In this document: one piece after another, positions 60,083-64,000 of the stretch
Layout of the letters: the number at the start of each line of letters is the position of its first letter
Numbering within the stretch: the first letter of the stretch is position 1
From: Flavobacteriales bacterium
GTDB taxonomy: Bacteria; Bacteroidota; Bacteroidia; Flavobacteriales_C; GCA-002722245
Length of the DNA stretch: 64,000 nt
NCBI GenBank assembly: GCA_029251005.1
Contig: JAQXEE010000157.1
Location: 645 to 64,644, forward strand
Direction of reading: 5' to 3'
Translations under genes and position numbers: made by a program
Notes under the pieces: model-generated
Told to the model about the DNA's origin: nothing
The model's input: only the letters and a program-made list of their open reading frames with translations
Databases searched by the model: none

Positions 60083-61717
60083 ATGAGAAAAGTTGTTCTT
60101 ATTATTTTATTGACATCATCATTGGTTTACAGTCAATCGCCAACAGTACAACCAGCATCTGTTCCAACTAGAGATGCAGCCAACGTAATTTCTTTTTTTG
60201 GGGGAGATGATAATAGTTATGGTGATATTTCAGGGGTAGACTTTCAAGTTTTTTGGAGTCAACCAGTTCCTCCTTGGGTAGCACCAGATTTAGCATTTAA
60301 TGCAGCCGGAAATATGGTGCTTAAGTACACTAGTTTTGGATATCAAGGTTTAGATTTTAGTGGGAATAAACAAAATGTTGCAGGTATGGAATTTCTTCAT
60401 ATTGATATTTGGACAAATTCTTCCAGCGTAGATTTAACTCTTTTGAGTGCAGGAAGCGGCGATTTTGCGTTTAACTTCTCCGCTAATCAAGGGTTTTGGA
60501 CTAGCGTAGATATTCCGTTAACTCACTTTGCACAGAACATAAACTTGAATCTTGCAGAGCTAAACCAAATGAAATTTTACAACGGAAATGGAGACGACAT
60601 ATACATTGATAATCTATATTTTTGGAAGCCAGAAGTAAATTCAGCAGACGATGCTACGTTGAAAGAATTACAAGTTGATGGAATAAGTGTTTCAGCATTC
60701 TCAGGGGCGACAACATTTTATACGCACGAATTAATTGTTGGAACTTCGGTTGCTCCAACAATTACAGCAACAACAACCCAATCAGATGCAAGTATCCTAG
60801 TTACTCAAGCAACATCAATACCTGGCGAAGCAATAGTAGTTGTAACTGCACCAAACCAAACAAAAGTTAAAACATACACTGTTTCTTTTATTGCAACGTT
60901 ACCTGGAGCTGCTGAATTTATAAGTTCTCCAGCCGATGAAGTATTGGCTCTTTTAGATAACATTTCTAATGGTACAGCTGTTTCTTTTTGGAATCCTTCT
61001 TATTTTTTTGGCACCAGTCAAGGAGTGGTTAATTTAGATGGGAACAATGCTGTGAAAATGGATTTCTCAGTTGCAGGTTGGGGAGGGGGAATCAATAATG
61101 GTTCTGATGTATACACAGATGTTTCTACTTACAATTTTGTTAATTTCAGTTATTTTGTTCCTGAGGGGGAACCTGGTGTAAATGGCCATGAAGTTAAATT
61201 TATTCTTATTGGTGGGGGATCTTCTCCAAGTGGCAATGGTAACGGCGAATTCAGTTATACTTTAAAAGAAGCTGGTCAAGGAGGAGATGCTGATCTTGTT
61301 TTTAATCAATGGGTTAATTTAACTGTGCCTTTAACTCATTTTGTAAATAATGGATGGTCAACAGACAATTTCTTCCAATTTAAATTAGGAAGCATTTCAG
61401 ATTTAAATACAAAAGTTATTTATTTTGACAATATTTTCTTCTCTGTTAACGAAGGTCAATTAGTAGGTCTTAATGAATTAGATATTATTGATTTATCTGC
61501 TTTTCCTAATCCTTCCAATACTATGTGGAATATTAAAACTTCTAAAACTTTAATCACCTCTATTGACGTGTTTAATTCAGCAGGAAAAAGAGTTGTTTCT
61601 CTAAAAAATAAGAGCAACGAGGTAGTTGTCTCTACTGAAGGATTAGTTAACGGCATTTACATAGCTAGAGTAACCACAGGTATGGGGACTAAAAGCTTTT
61701 TATTAACAAAAAAGTAG
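60083..61717 (+). CDS. Secreted T9SS cargo protein of unknown function (544 aa)
   Basis: Signal peptide. The C-terminal ~80 aa (…NGIYIARVTTGMGTKSFLLTKK) is Por_Secre_tail-like. Confidence 0.65.
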   Translation: MRKVVLIILLTSSLVYSQSPTVQPASVPTRDAANVISFFGGDDNSYGDISGVDFQVFWSQPVPPWVAPDLAFNAAGNMVLKYTSFGYQGLDFSGNKQNVAGMEFLHIDIWTNSSSVDLTLLSAGSGDFAFNFSANQGFWTSVDIPLTHFAQNINLNLAELNQMKFYNGNGDDIYIDNLYFWKPEVNSADDATLKELQVDGISVSAFSGATTFYTHELIVGTSVAPTITATTTQSDASILVTQATSIPGEAIVVVTAPNQTKVKTYTVSFIATLPGAAEFISSPADEVLALLDNISNGTAVSFWNPSYFFGTSQGVVNLDGNNAVKMDFSVAGWGGGINNGSDVYTDVSTYNFVNFSYFVPEGEPGVNGHEVKFILIGGGSSPSGNGNGEFSYTLKEAGQGGDADLVFNQWVNLTVPLTHFVNNGWSTDNFFQFKLGSISDLNTKVIYFDNIFFSVNEGQLVGLNELDIIDLSAFPNPSNTMWNIKTSKTLITSIDVFNSAGKRVVSLKNKSNEVVVSTEGLVNGIYIARVTTGMGTKSFLLTKK

Positions 61718-62250
61718 TTCCAATAGTAATTTAAAACCGATGAAAATGTACAATATAATTTATCAAGTTAAGAACTGATGTTTTTTTATTTTACCGAATT
61801 ATCATTTATTAAATAGAAACTTCTCTAGGGTTGTTTTTAAAGTAACAATAGAATTTGAATATGTGAGAGAGTTCTGTATGAGTTTTAAAAGCAAGGAATA
61901 AGGCTATCATTTACCAAAAAATCAAAAATTTTAAAAACAGCACTAAAGAAATTTTTAACTACAACTAGAGCAACGAAATCACTATGCTATAGTTATATTT
62001 CAATCTTTATTTAGGCTTTCAATTTTAACATTAAGCTGTTTTTTTTGTAACTTAACAATAAGTATTTGTAACTGAAAACACTTAATTTTATATGGTGTTT
62101 TGGTTGAATTGGGTTTCAGGAAATAGAATAGATGTGATGAACAAAAAATACAAAGAGACCTCCTAATATCAACGTATAAATCGATGTGAATTGCAATCAT
62201 TAGAATGTAAAGAGGAAAATATGAGAATGTTATAAAAATCATCTCCAATA

Positions 62251-63705
62251 ATGAAAAAAGCAATTGTAGTAGGGTCAGGTATTGCAGGCTTAGCATCCTC
62301 AATTCGTTTAGCTCATAAAGGGTACAAAGTATCCGTTTATGAAAAAAATGATACTTATGGAGGTAAGTTAGGTTTTTTTAAGAAAGATGGATTTAGGTTT
62401 GATACAGGCCCAAGTTTATTTACCATGCCTCAATATTTTGAGGATTTATTTTCTGATGTAGGCCATAAATTTTCTGATTTTGTTACCTATGAAAAACTCC
62501 CTTCTTCTTGTAAATATTTTTTTGATGATTACACTAAATTTGTTTTTTATCAAGATAAACAAGCACTAAAAAAAGAGCTCAATTCTGTTTTTAAAACAGA
62601 TAAAGAGAACGTTTTAGATTACTTACGTAATTCAGAGGAATTGTATGAGAATTCTGGCGCATTATTTATAGAAAACAGCTTACATAAGTTAAAAACTTTT
62701 TTGTCGGTTAAAGCGTTGAAATCATTACCATATTTAATCAATATCGAAAATAGTAAATCATTACATTCTAAAAATAAAAAGTATTTAAATTCAGAAAAAC
62801 TGATTCAGATATTTGATAGATATGCAACCTACAACGGTTCTTCTCCATACAAAACACCAGGAATGATGTCTATGATTCCTCATTTAGAACAAAACATAGG
62901 TACGTTTTTTCCAAAAGGGGGTATGAGATCACTAGTAGATGCTTTATATCAATTAGCATTAAAACTAGAGGTTGATTTTAATTTTAATAGTGAGGTTAAT
63001 TCCTTCAAAATTGAAAATTCGTCCATCTCATCAATTGTTGTAAATGATGTACGAGTAAAGGCAGATTTATTTATTTCTAATATGGATGTGGCTTTAACGT
63101 ATAAAAAATTATTAGAGGATAATAAAACATTTAAACGTGAGACCGCTAAAGAAAGAACAAGTTCTGGCGTTGTTTTTTATTGGGGAATAAATAAGGTTTT
63201 TGAAGACCTACATTTACACAATATCTTTTTCTCTTCCAATTACCATCATGAGTTTAATCAAATATTTGATCAGGATGAATTTCCTGAGGACCCTACAATC
63301 TATGTTAATATTACATGTAAGCATGAACTAATTGATGCTCCTGAAGGAAAAGAAAACTGGTTTGTTATGGTAAATGTACCTTCAAGTTTTAATTATTCAA
63401 GTGAAGAGATAGAGTTGTTAAAAAATAGAGTATTAATTAAACTTTCTAAGTTGTTGAAAGTTGACTTATCTCCTTTAATTTTAACGGAAGAAATTTTACA
63501 TCCTAAAAAAATTAAAAACAATACAAACGCATATTTAGGTGCTTTATATGGTACGGCATCAAATAGTGTAATAAGTGCTTTTAATAGGCACAGTAATTTT
63601 TCAACAAAATTTAAAAATCTCTATTTTGTTGGGGGTACTGTTCACCCAGGAGGAGGAATCCCTTTGTGTTTAAATAGTGCTAAAATAGTTGTAGATAGTT
63701 TATGA
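62251..63705 (+). CDS. crtI: Phytoene-desaturase-family FAD-dependent oxidoreductase (CrtI/CrtD-like)
   Basis: N-terminal dinucleotide-binding motif KKAIVVGSGIAGLASSIRLA. C-terminal conserved FVGGTVHPGGGIP. Confidence 0.75.
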   Translation: MKKAIVVGSGIAGLASSIRLAHKGYKVSVYEKNDTYGGKLGFFKKDGFRFDTGPSLFTMPQYFEDLFSDVGHKFSDFVTYEKLPSSCKYFFDDYTKFVFYQDKQALKKELNSVFKTDKENVLDYLRNSEELYENSGALFIENSLHKLKTFLSVKALKSLPYLINIENSKSLHSKNKKYLNSEKLIQIFDRYATYNGSSPYKTPGMMSMIPHLEQNIGTFFPKGGMRSLVDALYQLALKLEVDFNFNSEVNSFKIENSSISSIVVNDVRVKADLFISNMDVALTYKKLLEDNKTFKRETAKERTSSGVVFYWGINKVFEDLHLHNIFFSSNYHHEFNQIFDQDEFPEDPTIYVNITCKHELIDAPEGKENWFVMVNVPSSFNYSSEEIELLKNRVLIKLSKLLKVDLSPLILTEEILHPKKIKNNTNAYLGALYGTASNSVISAFNRHSNFSTKFKNLYFVGGTVHPGGGIPLCLNSAKIVVDSL

Positions 63706-64000
63706 TGAAGAACATTAATAAAATATTAATCTTAGTATTAGTTATATTTCATACTGTTGGTTTAATAGGGATGTTGTTTTTTGATAGAAGTAGTTTTATT
63801 AAACTAACATGGCTTAACCTTCTTATATCAACTATAATCGCTTTTATATCCTACAAGAAAAAAATAGTAAGATTAATCATTCCATTTTTTTTAGTGGCTT
63901 TTGTAACATTTTTCGCGGAATTTATAGGTGTAAAAACAGGTCTTTTATTTGGGGATTATAAGTATGGAGATGTTTTAGGGTTAAAGCTTTTTAAGGTTCC
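63702..64000 (+). CDS. Partial polytopic membrane protein, truncated at the window edge (possibly carotenoid-associated)
   Basis: ATGA overlap with the crtI-like stop. Hydrophobic MMKNINKILILVLVIFHTVGLIGMLFF... Confidence 0.4.
   Translation, partial: MMKNINKILILVLVIFHTVGLIGMLFFDRSSFIKLTWLNLLISTIIAFISYKKKIVRLIIPFFLVAFVTFFAEFIGVKTGLLFGDYKYGDVLGLKLFKV

Noticed and set aside
62000-62302. 100-aa minus-strand ORF overlapping the crtI start
   Set aside because: It overlaps the strongly supported crtI N-terminus and has an AT-rich, low-complexity translation.
1-64000. Search for CRISPR arrays, IS/transposase genes, integrases, tRNA/rRNA genes and prophage blocks
   Set aside because: I saw no regularly spaced direct repeats and no transposase- or integrase-like translations. 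No intergenic segment shows the GC-rich GTTCGA T-loop/cloverleaf pattern of a tRNA. The window appears to be core chromosome.

Overview
This window reads as a low-GC chromosomal segment from a Bacteroidota, probably Flavobacteriia. Three secreted proteins carry type IX secretion (T9SS) C-terminal sorting domains. A GldH-like lipoprotein sits between a PSP1/RicT homologue and PBP1A. The suf operon has the Bacteroidetes-typical DUF59/DUF2480 appendix. The ftsX-DUF3098-uppP-truB block and the rbfA/FtsX-like permease pair are present. Most of the window is housekeeping: a DEAD-box helicase, sufABCDSE, PBP1A, hemA, glnS, folB, argH, tdk, ruvB, a DAHP-synthase/chorismate-mutase fusion, exbB-exbD-exbD, an M1 aminopeptidase and crtI-like carotenoid genes at the right edge. 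I found no CRISPR array, IS element, tRNA/rRNA or prophage signature. The less ordinary content is:
- a 1239-aa periplasmic-sensor / class III adenylate cyclase / HD-domain fusion protein, divergently paired with a small XRE regulator;
- a self-contained vWA-protein + ChlI/MoxR-like AAA+ ATPase two-gene cassette with its own terminator;
- a TonB-dependent receptor + heavy-metal-associated (HMA) protein + His/Cys-rich small secreted protein metal locus;
- two tandem MBL-fold hydrolase paralogues;
- an 815-bp AT-rich non-coding island that ends in a strong intrinsic terminator.
All calls are from reading the sequence and ORF translations. No database search was run.
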